From: Fusobacterium sp. IOR10
GTDB taxonomy: Bacteria > Fusobacteriota > Fusobacteriia > Fusobacteriales > Fusobacteriaceae
Assembly: GCF_010367435.1 (NCBI RefSeq)
Contig: NZ_WJWY01000005.1
Coordinates: 1-64,000 of the forward strand
DNA length: 64,000 nt
Reading direction: 5' to 3'
The notes beneath the pieces are model-generated. The model was given only the letters and a program-made list of their open reading frames with translations. It searched no databases and had not been told where the DNA came from. Positions 1-10,581 of the stretch are shown here, one piece after another (within the stretch, counting starts at the first letter, position 1; the number at the start of each line of letters is the position of its first letter). The translations under genes were made by a program, and so were the position numbers.

Positions 1-75
1 TAAAGATTTTACTGTTTCTCCTTTCAACCTTCTTTCATAAATTTCTATTTTTTGTTTATTTGTTAATTTGGACAT
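1..75 (-). mobile_element. IS3-family (IS150-group-like) transposase OrfA, N-terminal fragment running off the window start
   Basis: Reverse-complementing 1-75 gives ATG at 75 reading MSKLTNKQKIEIYERRLKGETVKSL..., the stereotyped HTH N-terminus of IS3/IS150 orfA proteins. A GGAGGG RBS precedes it. The IS end is presumably between 76 and about 127, just downstream of the MATE gene stop at 138. Confidence 0.45.
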
Positions 76-137
76 AAGAAATGCACCCTCCATCTTATTT
101 GTCTAAGATTTTGGGTGCACTACACTTAGGGAGCTTT

Positions 138-1544
138 TTATATTATAACTTTTATCCATTTTCCTGACCTTAGTCTAGGAATAATAAAGAATATTTTTGC
201 TATGTCTTCAGCACAAACAAACATATAAACAATCCTTATATCAGCCTTTAAATATATTGCTGAAAAGAAAGCTAGAGGAATACCAATTACCCATAAACTC
301 ATCATTTCTGTGTAAATAGCATATAGTACGTCTCCTCCACTTCTAAATGTACCTATAATTTGTAGAACTCCAAAGAACCTAATTGGAAGTACCACAGACA
401 TTATTCTTATTATATAAACAACATTGTATTCAACTGTTTTAGTTACTTTAAATAAAAGAGTAATATATGGAGCTATTAAAAAGAATATTAATCCTATTAT
501 TATCCCCATGCTTATGGTAAAAATAGAAATATTATAGGCATCTTTTTTTATTTCTTTAAAGGACATACCCTTACCTATATTATTTCCTATCATTATTGAC
601 GCTGCTATTGCAATTCCTTGGCCAAATATTAAAAATAAACTATTCATTATTAAAGCAATTTGCATAGTGGCAATTGCTTCAACACCTAGTAATGCATAGG
701 CCTTAGAATAAAAAGTCATCCCTAGTATCCATAAAAAATCATTTGCAATTACAGGGGTAGCCTTTTGTATATAGGATTTTATCATAAAACTTGAGAATCC
801 AAATAATTCCTTTAAAGTTGATTTAATTACATTGTCCTTAGAATAAATCATATAAGTTAAATAAAATAATTCAACTCCCCTTGCAAAGGTTGTTCCTATT
901 GCTGCTCCTGAAACTCCCATTGGAGGTACACCTAATTTCCCAAAAATAAATATATAATTGAGTATTCCATTGAAAAATAATCCTATAATACTTCCTTTCA
1001 TAGGAAGGGATGTTTGTCCTGTACTTCTTAAACAAGTTTGAATACTAACAGATATAGCTGTTAGTATATAACTTAAAGATACATACTTTAAATATCCAAC
1101 ACCTAGGGATATTACTTTAGCATCACTTGTGAATATTCTAATTATATACTTAGGATATACCATTGCACCTATGGCAAATAATATTGAAAAACCAACTGCT
1201 GAAATTAAAGATAATCCTAAATATTTTTTTATGTTTTTTATTTCTTTTCTTCCCCAAAACTGTGACATGAATATTCCTGATCCAAAGGCACAACCTGTAA
1301 TAGTCATAAAAAATAACAAATAATATTGATTTGCAAGACCAATTGATGCTATTTCAGAAACTCCCAAATGTCCTACCATTACATTGTCTAAAAGATTCAA
1401 GGAAGCTGTAATTAAATTTTGTAATATTATAGGTACTGCTAATATCATTAATGACTTAATGAATTTATTATTTATTTTTTTCATTATTTCTCCTTTCCTT
1501 AACAATAAAAATAGCAAGTATATGGGTTGTTTAAAGTCGCCCAT
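138..1544 (-). CDS. MATE family efflux transporter
   Basis: 468 aa, 12-TM hydrophobic profile, MATE-like N-terminus (KINNKFIKSLMILAVPIILQNL...), duplicated 6-TM halves. Confidence 0.7.
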   Translation of the reverse strand: MGDFKQPIYLLFLLLRKGEIMKKINNKFIKSLMILAVPIILQNLITASLNLLDNVMVGHLGVSEIASIGLANQYYLLFFMTITGCAFGSGIFMSQFWGRKEIKNIKKYLGLSLISAVGFSILFAIGAMVYPKYIIRIFTSDAKVISLGVGYLKYVSLSYILTAISVSIQTCLRSTGQTSLPMKGSIIGLFFNGILNYIFIFGKLGVPPMGVSGAAIGTTFARGVELFYLTYMIYSKDNVIKSTLKELFGFSSFMIKSYIQKATPVIANDFLWILGMTFYSKAYALLGVEAIATMQIALIMNSLFLIFGQGIAIAASIMIGNNIGKGMSFKEIKKDAYNISIFTISMGIIIGLIFFLIAPYITLLFKVTKTVEYNVVYIIRIMSVVLPIRFFGVLQIIGTFRSGGDVLYAIYTEMMSLWVIGIPLAFFSAIYLKADIRIVYMFVCAEDIAKIFFIIPRLRSGKWIKVII

Positions 1545-1690
1545 CTCCTTGCATTTATATATATTAACCTTTTTTCTTTAATTAGTCAATCTTATTTAAT
1601 TTTTAGTGAATTTAATAATTTTGTATAGTATTGCTATTTATTTTTTGATATAATTAATTGGTATTAAACATTATACAAAATTAATTATAA

Positions 1691-2476
1691 TTGGAGGATA
1701 TTATGGGATACAAATGTAGCGAATATGAAGTTTTGGAACTTGTATCTTTTGTTGGAAAGTTATACTTAAAAAATGGAGCTGAAGTTTACAAAACTGAAGA
1801 GATAATCTGCAATGTTGGACAACATTTTGGATATACTGTAGAGACATTTTCCACTTTAACTTGCATAGTTGTATCTCTTTCTGGAAGAGACAAGGAATAT
1901 CGTTCCAAGGTAACTAGAATAAAGGCTAGGGACTTAAACATACAAAAACTTCATTTGGTTAACAAACTTACAAATGAGATAGACAAACATACTTACAAAG
2001 ATTTTTACAGGGAAATTTTAAAGATAAATGACAATTATTCTTTGGAATTTCATAGATATGTAATTGGATGTGTTATTGTTGGAATCTCCTTTGGTATTGT
2101 TTTTGGAGGGGGAAAACCTGAAGCAATTATTGGGGGATTTGGAGGATTATTTTTAAGTTTGGCCACTTCACTTTTTAACAAATACAATATTAATGGGGTT
2201 CTTGTTAATATTGCAGGTAGTGCTGCTTGTACAACTGTTGCATGTACAGCAACTTATTTAGGATACACCACTAAAACATCAATTATTATTGTAGGTTGCC
2301 TTATGATTTTAGTTCCTGGTCTTGCCTTTGCTAATTCAATGAGGGATTTTATTGCAGGGGATTTAATAGCTGGAAGTTCTAGATTAATGGAAGTTATCAT
2401 GGTTGCCACATCTCTTTCTGTTGGAGTTGGACTTGTTTTCAAGATTTTCACTTTAATGGGAGGTGTTATCTATTGA
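1691..2476 (+). CDS. Threonine/serine exporter family protein (ThrE/YjjP-like, large subunit)
   Basis: 261 aa; soluble N-terminal half then Gly-rich TM segments. The stop overlaps the start of the 149-aa partner, the typical YjjP/YjjB pair arrangement. Confidence 0.55.
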   Translation: MEDIMGYKCSEYEVLELVSFVGKLYLKNGAEVYKTEEIICNVGQHFGYTVETFSTLTCIVVSLSGRDKEYRSKVTRIKARDLNIQKLHLVNKLTNEIDKHTYKDFYREILKINDNYSLEFHRYVIGCVIVGISFGIVFGGGKPEAIIGGFGGLFLSLATSLFNKYNINGVLVNIAGSAACTTVACTATYLGYTTKTSIIIVGCLMILVPGLAFANSMRDFIAGDLIAGSSRLMEVIMVATSLSVGVGLVFKIFTLMGGVIY

Positions 2477-2922
2477 TAATTCAATTTATATTTTCAATTT
2501 TAAGTGTTATTGGTTTTACAATTATATTTAATGTTAGGGGAAAAATTGCATTCTGGTCTGCTATTGGAGGGGGAATTGGTTGGGTAATATATTTATTTAC
2601 TAAAGAAATTGGTTTTTCCCTTGGAGTTTCCTTTTTTCTAGCTGGAGCTTGGATAACATTTGTATCCCAATTAATTGCAATATACTTTAAAACCCCTGTT
2701 ACTTCAGCTTTAATTCCAACATTAACCCCTCTTGTTCCAGGGGGAGGAGCCTATTATACAATGTTTTATCTTTTAAATGAAAAATATGATCTTGCTTTAC
2801 AAAAAGGTACAGAAACTATTGTTGTTTGTGGGGCAATTATTCTAGGGTTCCTAACTGTTTCTGAAATATTTAGACTGTATCTCTTAAGAAAAAAAAGAAT
2901 AGAAAGAATAAAAAAACAGTAA
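2473..2922 (+). CDS. Threonine/serine exporter family protein (YjjB-like small subunit)
   Basis: 149 aa, 4-TM protein overlapping the upstream ThrE-like gene by 4 bp. Confidence 0.5.
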   Translation: MIIQFIFSILSVIGFTIIFNVRGKIAFWSAIGGGIGWVIYLFTKEIGFSLGVSFFLAGAWITFVSQLIAIYFKTPVTSALIPTLTPLVPGGGAYYTMFYLLNEKYDLALQKGTETIVVCGAIILGFLTVSEIFRLYLLRKKRIERIKKQ

Positions 2923-2947
2923 ATTTTAAATTTACTGTTTTTTGTTT
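2913..2947. terminator. Bidirectional Rho-independent terminator between convergent genes
   Basis: Perfect 13-bp stem aaaacagtaaatt/aatttactgtttt with a 3-nt loop, A-run before and T-run after. Confidence 0.55.
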
Positions 2948-3698
2948 ATTTAATTACAACTTCCACAGGACAATGATCTGACCCTAGGATTTCATTGTGA
3001 ATTTTAGCTGACTGTAATCTATTTTCCAAAGCTTTAGAAACCATAAAGTAGTCTATCCTCCACCCTGCATTTCTTGTTCTTGCACTGAATCTATAAGACC
3101 ACCAAGAGTATTGTTCTATTGCATCTGGGTAGAAATAACGGAAGGTATCTATAAATCCATCTTCCACTAGATTAGTAAATTTTCCTCTTTCTTCATCTGT
3201 AAATCCTGCATTTTTTTTGTTTGCCTTGGGGTTTTTCAAATCTATTTCCTTGTGAGCAACATTTAAGTCACCACAGAAAATAACTGGCTTTGATTTTTCT
3301 AAATTTTTCAAATATGATTTAAAATCATCTTCCCAAGTCATTCTATATTCTAATCTTTCCAATTTAGTTTTAGAATTTGGAGTGTATATAGTTACAAAAT
3401 AAAAATCCTCATATTCTGCTGTGATTATTCTTCCTTCTTTATCATGTTCTTCTATGTCCATTCCATATGTAACTTTCAAAGGTTTTTTCTTTGTAAAAAG
3501 TGCTGTTCCAGAATAACCTTTTCTCTCTGCATAATTCCAATATTGATAATAACCTTCAAGTTCTAAATCAATTTGTCCCTCTTGTAATTTTGTTTCTTGA
3601 AGACAGAATATATCTGCATCTACCTCATTGAAAAAATCTAAAAATCCTTTTTTTACACAAGCTCTAATCCCGTTCACATTCCATGAAATAAATTTCAT
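2946..3698 (-). CDS. xth: Exodeoxyribonuclease III
   Basis: 250 aa; [13 protein letters not shown]...CLQETK...[12 protein letters not shown]...WSYR...GWRIDY, the canonical ExoIII/APE1 motifs. Confidence 0.9.
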   Translation of the reverse strand: MKFISWNVNGIRACVKKGFLDFFNEVDADIFCLQETKLQEGQIDLELEGYYQYWNYAERKGYSGTALFTKKKPLKVTYGMDIEEHDKEGRIITAEYEDFYFVTIYTPNSKTKLERLEYRMTWEDDFKSYLKNLEKSKPVIFCGDLNVAHKEIDLKNPKANKKNAGFTDEERGKFTNLVEDGFIDTFRYFYPDAIEQYSWWSYRFSARTRNAGWRIDYFMVSKALENRLQSAKIHNEILGSDHCPVEVVIK

Positions 3699-3714
3699 AT
3701 TCCCTCCTAGTAAT

Positions 3715-4521
3715 TTATAAGTTAAAATATTTATTCAAGTAATTTCCAACTCCGCTATTTTCATTGGAATCTGTTCTTTCTTTGATCTTGTTTTTAACTA
3801 CGTCCTTTGCATTTTTAACAGCTATTGGTAATCCTGCTTCCTCTAGCATTGCTAAATCATTTTCATTATCTCCAAAAGCCATTATATTAGCAAGGGGAAT
3901 TTTACAATCTTCTGATACTATCTTCAAGGCATTTCCCTTGTTACATTGAATATTTACAATATCCATTATATTATCCCCTGAAACAAATACATTAACAACA
4001 TTTGAGTACTTATCTTCCACATAGTCCCTTAAATTTTTTAGATAATTTAAGTCCCCATAAAAAACCATTTTCTCAAAATCCCTTACAACAACATTTTTTT
4101 TGTCCTCATTTGAAATAAAATTAAAATTTCTTTTTTCAAGGGCAAATTCCTTATAATATTCTGTATCAAGTTGAGAATAGCAGATATCCTTTCCTGCTGT
4201 TCCACTATAGTTTATATTCATTTTAGTGGCTCTTTGTAAAATATCAAGGGAAATGTCCCTGTCCACTGTTTTTTTATAAATTATTTTCCCATCCTTATAA
4301 ATTTTAGCTCCATTTAAACAAATATAGTAATTTATATTTGTAATATCCCTTGTTAAGTCCTTTATACTAGTATAATCCCTTCCTGAAGCTACTACAAATT
4401 CTATACCTTTTTCTATTAAAGTATTTACTGCTTTTTTGTTTATTTCACTAACCTCTTTATTTTTATTTACAAAGGTTCCATCTAAATCTGTAACTACTAA
4501 TTTTATATTTTTATTTTTCAT
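3715..4521 (-). CDS. Cof-type HAD-IIB family hydrolase
   Basis: 268 aa; N-terminal [11 protein letters not shown] motif and C-terminal [10 protein letters not shown] motif. Confidence 0.8.
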   Translation of the reverse strand: MKNKNIKLVVTDLDGTFVNKNKEVSEINKKAVNTLIEKGIEFVVASGRDYTSIKDLTRDITNINYYICLNGAKIYKDGKIIYKKTVDRDISLDILQRATKMNINYSGTAGKDICYSQLDTEYYKEFALEKRNFNFISNEDKKNVVVRDFEKMVFYGDLNYLKNLRDYVEDKYSNVVNVFVSGDNIMDIVNIQCNKGNALKIVSEDCKIPLANIMAFGDNENDLAMLEEAGLPIAVKNAKDVVKNKIKERTDSNENSGVGNYLNKYFNL

Positions 4522-4674
4522 GATCCCTCTTTTCTTAAACTTTATAGTATAATTTTACCATATTATTAAAATTTCTTCTATATTTTTAAAATTTTTCCTT
4601 GATACTTTTATTTATTAATTGTATACTAGGGGTAGTCTTTTTTATAAAAAGGCTACATTTTAGAGGAGGAATGT

Positions 4675-5310
4675 ATGGGGTGTTATTTAAATTTAAAAGA
4701 AAAGGCCTATGACCTTATTAAGCATAAAATTATGAATATTGATTTTAAACCTGGAGACTATTTAGAGGAAAAGAAACTAAGTGAACTACTTGATGTTAGT
4801 AGAACCCCTATTAGAGAAGCTCTAGCAAGACTAGAATCTGAAATATGGATTACAAGTTTACCTAGAAAAGGAATGTTTGTAACTCAAGTTGATGAAAATA
4901 TGTTAAACAGTATTTTCCAAGCTAGAAAGAATTTTGAACCAATTATTTTAAAAATGGCTTTTTCAAATCTGTCAGAAATAAAATTAAAAATTTTTAAAAA
5001 AAGATTTGAAGTTTATAACTCTCTATCTCAAGAGGAAAGGGATAAATTAGATAATGATCTTCATTTATATTTTTTAAATTCTGTTGACAATGTATTTGTA
5101 AAATCTATGATGAACACAACATTTGAACACCTTATTAGAGTAAGAAAAATTTCCTTTGATAAGAGAAGTATGGAAAGAATATATACATCAAATGATGAAC
5201 ATATTCATATTATTGATTTAATATTAGAAGGAAAAAAGGAAGAAGCTATTAAAGCCTTTGAAGAACATATAGAAAATTCATATATTTATTATCTTGGATT
5301 ACTATTTTAA
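4675..5310 (+). CDS. GntR family transcriptional regulator (FadR/FCD-type)
   Basis: 211 aa; N-terminal winged HTH (...LSELLDVSRTPIREALARLESE...) followed by an all-helical C-terminal domain. Confidence 0.65.
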   Translation: MGCYLNLKEKAYDLIKHKIMNIDFKPGDYLEEKKLSELLDVSRTPIREALARLESEIWITSLPRKGMFVTQVDENMLNSIFQARKNFEPIILKMAFSNLSEIKLKIFKKRFEVYNSLSQEERDKLDNDLHLYFLNSVDNVFVKSMMNTTFEHLIRVRKISFDKRSMERIYTSNDEHIHIIDLILEGKKEEAIKAFEEHIENSYIYYLGLLF

Positions 5311-5314
5311 TAAG

Positions 5315-5343
5315 AAAGACCTTGGCCTAAAGCCAAGGTCTTT
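5315..5343. terminator. Bidirectional Rho-independent terminator
   Basis: aaagaccttggc-ctaaa-gccaaggtcttt hairpin between convergent GntR and coaX genes. Confidence 0.6.
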
Positions 5344-5347
5344 TATC

Positions 5348-6130
5348 TTATTTGTTTATTTTTTCATTCATTTTGTATAAAGTGTATATTCCTCTAATAC
5401 TTAATCTAGAACTACAAATATTTATTTCCTCTACCTTTTCTCCCATTATTTTACTAAGACCACCAGTTGCAATTACAAAGAAATCTTCTCCAACTTCCTC
5501 TTTTATTTTTTCAATAAGATATTTAACTTGCCCTATATATCCGTTAAATATTGCACATTGAATTTGTTCAACTGTATCCTTTCCTAAAACAGTATCTATT
5601 TCACAATAGTCAACCTTTGGAATTCTTGCAGTTCTTCCAAATAATGCATTAAAAGTAGTTCTTATTCCAGGAAATATTCCCCCACCAATATAAACATTCT
5701 TTTTTAAAACTTCATAGGTTGTAGCTGTCCCAAAATCAAATATAATAAGATTCCTATCTGGATATTCCTTTAGAGCTTGTACTATATCTATTATTCTATC
5801 TGGTCCCATTCCCTTTGAATTGTTTCCCTCTTCAAAGACAAAGGGTAAATGTTTATCCATATCAACTATGAATATGTCAATATTAAAATATTTTTTTGCA
5901 AAAAATTTCAACATTTGAGTTACCATAGGTACAACAGATGAAACCATCATTCCCTTTATTTCATCTATTTGAATTTCATTAACCTCAAGCATACTTTTAA
6001 AAAAAGTAAAAAATTCATCCTCTGTAGTTTTTTCATCAGTTGACTTTCTAAAAGTTTCCAAAACAAACCCGTCATTTCTAAGTATACTGGTACACATATG
6101 AGTGTTTCCCACATCAAAAACTATATACAT
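5348..6130 (-). CDS. coaX: Type III pantothenate kinase
   Basis: 260 aa; MYIVFDVGNTHM N-terminus, ...IIFDFGTATT..., GGLS... motifs of the CoaX/Bvg accessory factor family. Confidence 0.85.
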   Translation of the reverse strand: MYIVFDVGNTHMCTSILRNDGFVLETFRKSTDEKTTEDEFFTFFKSMLEVNEIQIDEIKGMMVSSVVPMVTQMLKFFAKKYFNIDIFIVDMDKHLPFVFEEGNNSKGMGPDRIIDIVQALKEYPDRNLIIFDFGTATTYEVLKKNVYIGGGIFPGIRTTFNALFGRTARIPKVDYCEIDTVLGKDTVEQIQCAIFNGYIGQVKYLIEKIKEEVGEDFFVIATGGLSKIMGEKVEEINICSSRLSIRGIYTLYKMNEKINK

Positions 6131-6148
6131 TAATTATCCTCACTTTTA

Positions 6149-7348
6149 TTACAAAATTTTATCAGCCATTTCTTTAGCTAGGGCCTTTAATCTAGTTATT
6201 ATCTCTTCAGTTGGAGCTCCCTTTGCTTCAACTGATTCTCCTACTTTTTCAATTCCCTTTGTTTCTTGTGCAAATTTTTCTAAACCTTTAACTCCTCCAC
6301 CGCTCCACATCATATTTCCAAATATTCCTAAATATCTATTTTTAACTCCATAGTTATTTAATTTTGATATTAGTGGTATCATTTTAGGATAAACAGCTCC
6401 ATTGTGAGCACAGCTTCCTAGGATAAGTCCTTGATATTTCCAAACTTCCCCTATAATTACTGAGGAATCTGTTTTAGAAACATCATATACTCTAACATTT
6501 TTAATTCCACATCTAAATAATTCCTTAGCCACTATTTCTGCCATTTTTTCTGTATTCCCATACATACTTCCATAGGCTACTATAACTCCCTTTTCTTCAG
6601 GAATAAAATTTCCCCAATCAGAATAAAGTTTAATAACTCCAGGAATTTTATTTCTCCACAAAAGACCATGAGATGGACAAATGTAGTCTATTTCCAACTG
6701 TGACAACTTTGAAATAGCTTTATTTACTTGCATTCCATATTTTCCTATTATGTTTGCATAATATCTTCTCATTTCAGCTCTAAAGTCATTAAAATCAACT
6801 TCATCATCAAATAGCCCTCCATTTAAAGTTCCAAAACCTCCAAAGGCATCATTTGAAAATAATATTTTTTCTGTTTTATCGTAAGTTACCATTGATTCTG
6901 GCCAATGTACCATTGGAATAGTTGCAAAACCTAATTTATGAGTTCCTAAATCCAATTCAAACTCTTCATTTACACATAAAAATTTACTTTCATCAAAATC
7001 ATGATAAAAAGCCTTTATCATTCTTAAAGTCATTTTATTTCCCACTATTTTAACTTCTGGAAATAAATTTATAATTTCTTCCATTGCCCCTGAATGATCT
7101 GGTTCCATATGATTAACAATTAAATAATCAATTTTTTTGTCACCTATTACATATTTTACTTTATTTAAAAACTCTATACTTGATCCTGATTCAACTGTAT
7201 CTATTAAGCAAACCTTCTCATCATCTATTATATAAGAATTATATGTTACCCCGTGAGGTAATGGTAAATAATTTTCAAATCTTTCAGTTTTTCTATCATT
7301 TACCCCTATCCAATATATATCTTTTCCTATTATTTTCCTCAAATTCAT
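6149..7348 (-). CDS. FprA-family flavodiiron protein (A-type flavoprotein)
   Basis: 399 aa; metallo-beta-lactamase-like di-iron domain (HMEPDHSG) fused to a C-terminal flavodoxin domain (VAYGSMYGNTEKMA). Confidence 0.85.
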   Translation of the reverse strand: MNLRKIIGKDIYWIGVNDRKTERFENYLPLPHGVTYNSYIIDDEKVCLIDTVESGSSIEFLNKVKYVIGDKKIDYLIVNHMEPDHSGAMEEIINLFPEVKIVGNKMTLRMIKAFYHDFDESKFLCVNEEFELDLGTHKLGFATIPMVHWPESMVTYDKTEKILFSNDAFGGFGTLNGGLFDDEVDFNDFRAEMRRYYANIIGKYGMQVNKAISKLSQLEIDYICPSHGLLWRNKIPGVIKLYSDWGNFIPEEKGVIVAYGSMYGNTEKMAEIVAKELFRCGIKNVRVYDVSKTDSSVIIGEVWKYQGLILGSCAHNGAVYPKMIPLISKLNNYGVKNRYLGIFGNMMWSGGGVKGLEKFAQETKGIEKVGESVEAKGAPTEEIITRLKALAKEMADKIL

Positions 7349-7526
7349 CTAATCCCCCTTTATAGTATTAAGCAAATTTCCTTTACACTTAGGTAAATTC
7401 TATATCATTTTAAAATTTTTTACAATATTTTTCTACTATTTTTTTAAATAATTCAAATATTAACCATAAAATGATATAATCTAGGATATATTATATTAAA
7501 TACGTATAAACTTTAAAGGAGATAAA

Positions 7527-8393
7527 ATGAACCCTATACTATTTTCACTTGGAAAAATTAAAATAACTTATTATGGTCTTATGTATGCAATATCTTTTTT
7601 ACTTGGAATTGAAATTGCAAAAAAATATGGAGAGAAAAAAGGTCTTTCCCCTGAAGCAATAGAAAATTATGCATTTATTGCTATGATATCAGGATTGATT
7701 GGAGGAAGAATATACTATGTGATTTTTAACTTAGATTATTATCTTGCTTATCCTGGGGATATTTTAGCTGTATGGAAGGGTGGTATGGCCATTCACGGTG
7801 GTATTTTAGGAGGTATCATTGGAACTTGTATATATGGTCGTATAAAAAAGCTAAATCCTCTTCTTTTAGGAGACTGTGTAGCTGTCCCTCTTCTTCTTGG
7901 ACAGGCTATTGGTAGAATTGGTAATCTTATGAATGGAGAAATCTATGGAGTTCCAACTTTTACCCCTTTAAAATATATTTTCACATTGAAACCAAAATTT
8001 TATGAATGGTTTAACTACTATAATTCTTTGTCAGTTGATGGAAAGGGAGCATTTAAAGAGCTTGTACCTTGGGGACTTGTTTTTCCAAATTCTTCCCCTG
8101 CTGGAACTGAATTTCCAAATTTACCTTTGCATCCTGCAATGTTATATGAACTTGTATTAAATTTAATTGGAGTTTTATTCCTTTGGTTCTTTTTAAGAAA
8201 AAAGAATTATAAAACTGGAACATTGTGGTGTAGTTATATAATAATTTACAGTATTATTAGAACATTTGTTAGTTTCTTTAGAGCTGAAGATCTAATGTTT
8301 TATGGATTTAGAGCCCCCCATGTAATAAGTGTTGTATTAATAATTATATCTAGTTTATTAATATATAAGATAAACAAAAAAAATAAAAATTAG
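7527..8393 (+). CDS. lgt: Prolipoprotein diacylglyceryl transferase
   Basis: 288 aa polytopic membrane protein with the Lgt signature G-R-I-G-N-x-x-N-G-E (GRIGNLMNGE) and a YGLMY N-terminal motif. Confidence 0.8.
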   Translation: MNPILFSLGKIKITYYGLMYAISFLLGIEIAKKYGEKKGLSPEAIENYAFIAMISGLIGGRIYYVIFNLDYYLAYPGDILAVWKGGMAIHGGILGGIIGTCIYGRIKKLNPLLLGDCVAVPLLLGQAIGRIGNLMNGEIYGVPTFTPLKYIFTLKPKFYEWFNYYNSLSVDGKGAFKELVPWGLVFPNSSPAGTEFPNLPLHPAMLYELVLNLIGVLFLWFFLRKKNYKTGTLWCSYIIIYSIIRTFVSFFRAEDLMFYGFRAPHVISVVLIIISSLLIYKINKKNKN

Positions 8394-8401
8394 GAGGATG
8401 T

Positions 8402-8794
8402 ATGAAAAAAGTTTTACTATCCATTGTTTTAGGTCTATCCCTTATAGGATGTTCATCTTTAAAATCTGTGCCAAATAAAAAAATCTTGGGAAAAAGTTAT
8501 GTTTTAAGTTCTTCTTCTAAAGATTATAAAATTTCCCTTAACTTTGCAGAGGATAATTTCTTTGGATATTCTGGAGTTAATAATTATTTTGGAAAATATG
8601 AAGTTCAAGGAAATAATCTTAAATTTGACGCCATTGGTTCTACATTAATGAGTGGTCCAACTAAGGCAATGAATGCTGAAATTGATTACTTAAATTCTTT
8701 AGGTGAAGTTAATTCCTTTTATTTTTACAAAGAACAGTTAGTTTTAAAAACTATCAATGGAAAAAAATTATTGTTTAATGAAATTAAAGATTAA
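8402..8794 (+). CDS. META-domain (HslJ-like) lipoprotein
   Basis: 130 aa; signal peptide with lipobox LIGC; SGVNNYFGKYEVQGNNLKF ... LMSGPTKAM pattern typical of META/DUF306. 8 bp after lgt, so likely co-transcribed. Confidence 0.5.
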   Translation: MKKVLLSIVLGLSLIGCSSLKSVPNKKILGKSYVLSSSSKDYKISLNFAEDNFFGYSGVNNYFGKYEVQGNNLKFDAIGSTLMSGPTKAMNAEIDYLNSLGEVNSFYFYKEQLVLKTINGKKLLFNEIKD

Positions 8795-8796
8795 TA

Positions 8797-8830
8797 AAAA
8801 AGGTTGTTACTATGTAACAACCTTTTCTTT
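8797..8830. terminator. Bidirectional Rho-independent terminator
   Basis: aaaaggttgttac-tat-gtaacaacctttt hairpin with a T-run. Confidence 0.6.
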
Positions 8831-10449
8831 TATAATTTTTTTGCCTTTTCAAGGGCACTGTTAATATTAGTAACAAAATTATCTGCACCTATTTTCTCAA
8901 CATATCCAGCTTTTAATAGGGCTCTATAAGGTTGAGGTTGAATATCTGAAATAACTATCTTTATATTATCCTCTTTACATTTATTGATAAATCCCTTTAT
9001 AACCTTCATTACAGAAATATCTATAGCTCCAACTGAACGCATTCTAATAATTATTACCCTTGTATTTTTATCAGGTAATATTTTTAAAAATGTCTCTGCT
9101 GCTGCAAAAAACATTGGTCCTTCAATTTCATAAACTAATATATCCTTTGGAATATTATGAAAATTTTCTGTATCCATTTCAGTTTCAGTCCAACGACGAA
9201 CCTTTGTTTCATCAACCATTCTCTTCATAAATAATAGAGAACTTAAGATTAATCCAACTTCTATTGCTATAACTAAATCAAAGACAATAGTTAATAAGAA
9301 AGTCATTAAAAATACGGCTATATCTGATTTTGGAGCTCTTTTTAAAATACCAACACATTCTCTCCACCCTGACATATTATATGCAACTATAAATAAAATT
9401 GCTGCAATTGTTGCCATTGGTATTAAAGCTGCATAGGGCATTAGAATAACTAAAATTAGAAACAATACTATTGCATGAACCATTGCTGCAATAGGGGAAC
9501 GTCCTCCATTTTTAACATTTGCAGCTGTTCTTGCTATGGCACCTGTTGCTGGTATTCCACCAAATAATCCAGAAGCTATATTTCCAAGACCTTGACCTAT
9601 TAATTCTGAATTAGAATCATGTTTCCCCCCTATCATTCCATCTGAAACTACACATGATAGCAAAGATTCTATTGAGGCTAATATAGCTATTGTAAAGGCA
9701 CTGGGTAATAATTCTGTTATCATATTTATACTAACTGTAGGTAGTTTAAATGTTGGTAAACTTGCTGAAACATTGTACAGTGAACCTATGGTATTTATAT
9801 TTAAATCTAAAACTTTAACTATTAAAGCTGTGAAAATTACAGCTACTAAACTCCCTGGTATTCTTTCATTTATTTTAGGCCAAAAAATTAAAATAATTAA
9901 TGCTAAAATTCCAATTCCCAGGCTTTCCTTTTTAAGAGTACTTAGGTTTAAAATAATTTCATATACTTTGTCTAGGGACTCTATAGGTGAATTTTTAAAA
10001 GTTAAACCTAAGAAATCCTTAACTTGTCCAATAATAATTGTTATTGCAATACCTGCTGTAAAACCTGTTACTATTGTGTATGGAATGTATTTTATTAATA
10101 TCCCCATTTTAAATACTCCCATAAGTATTAAAATAATCCCTGCTAGTATAGTGGCCACAACTAGCCCATCCATACCCTTAGTTGCAACTATTCCTGCAAC
10201 TATAGTTGCAAATGCTGCTGTTGGCCCACTAACTTGAACCCTTGATCCTCCAAAGGTTGCAATTACAAAACCTGCAACTATTGCTGTGTAAAGTCCTTCC
10301 TTTGGCCCAACCCCTGAAGCTAAAGCTAAAGCTATTGACAAAGGTAGAGCTATTATGGCAACTATCACCCCTGCTATAATATCCTTTATAAATTCTTCCT
10401 TTGAATACCCCCTTAAAGCTGTTAATAATTTTGGTGTATAGCCTATCAT
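8830..10449 (-). CDS. SulP family inorganic anion transporter with C-terminal STAS domain
   Basis: 539 aa; multi-TM core plus a cytoplasmic STAS-like C-terminus. Confidence 0.8.
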   Translation of the reverse strand: MIGYTPKLLTALRGYSKEEFIKDIIAGVIVAIIALPLSIALALASGVGPKEGLYTAIVAGFVIATFGGSRVQVSGPTAAFATIVAGIVATKGMDGLVVATILAGIILILMGVFKMGILIKYIPYTIVTGFTAGIAITIIIGQVKDFLGLTFKNSPIESLDKVYEIILNLSTLKKESLGIGILALIILIFWPKINERIPGSLVAVIFTALIVKVLDLNINTIGSLYNVSASLPTFKLPTVSINMITELLPSAFTIAILASIESLLSCVVSDGMIGGKHDSNSELIGQGLGNIASGLFGGIPATGAIARTAANVKNGGRSPIAAMVHAIVLFLILVILMPYAALIPMATIAAILFIVAYNMSGWRECVGILKRAPKSDIAVFLMTFLLTIVFDLVIAIEVGLILSSLLFMKRMVDETKVRRWTETEMDTENFHNIPKDILVYEIEGPMFFAAAETFLKILPDKNTRVIIIRMRSVGAIDISVMKVIKGFINKCKEDNIKIVISDIQPQPYRALLKAGYVEKIGADNFVTNINSALEKAKKL

Positions 10450-10581
10450 TTCCCTGTATCCTCTCCCTTTTTTATTTTTTGAATAAACTATGCCATTATA
10501 CTACTTTATAAGGATTTTTAAAAGTTATTTTATAACAAAAAAAGCTATCTTCAAAATCTAAAGATAGCTTTTCCATTAAAT

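Noticed and set aside
9773-10237. 154-aa ORF on the + strand inside the SulP transporter gene
   Set aside because: It lies entirely antisense within a well-supported 539-aa CDS. Its Ile/Pro-rich composition reflects the reverse complement of hydrophobic codons, and it has no RBS.
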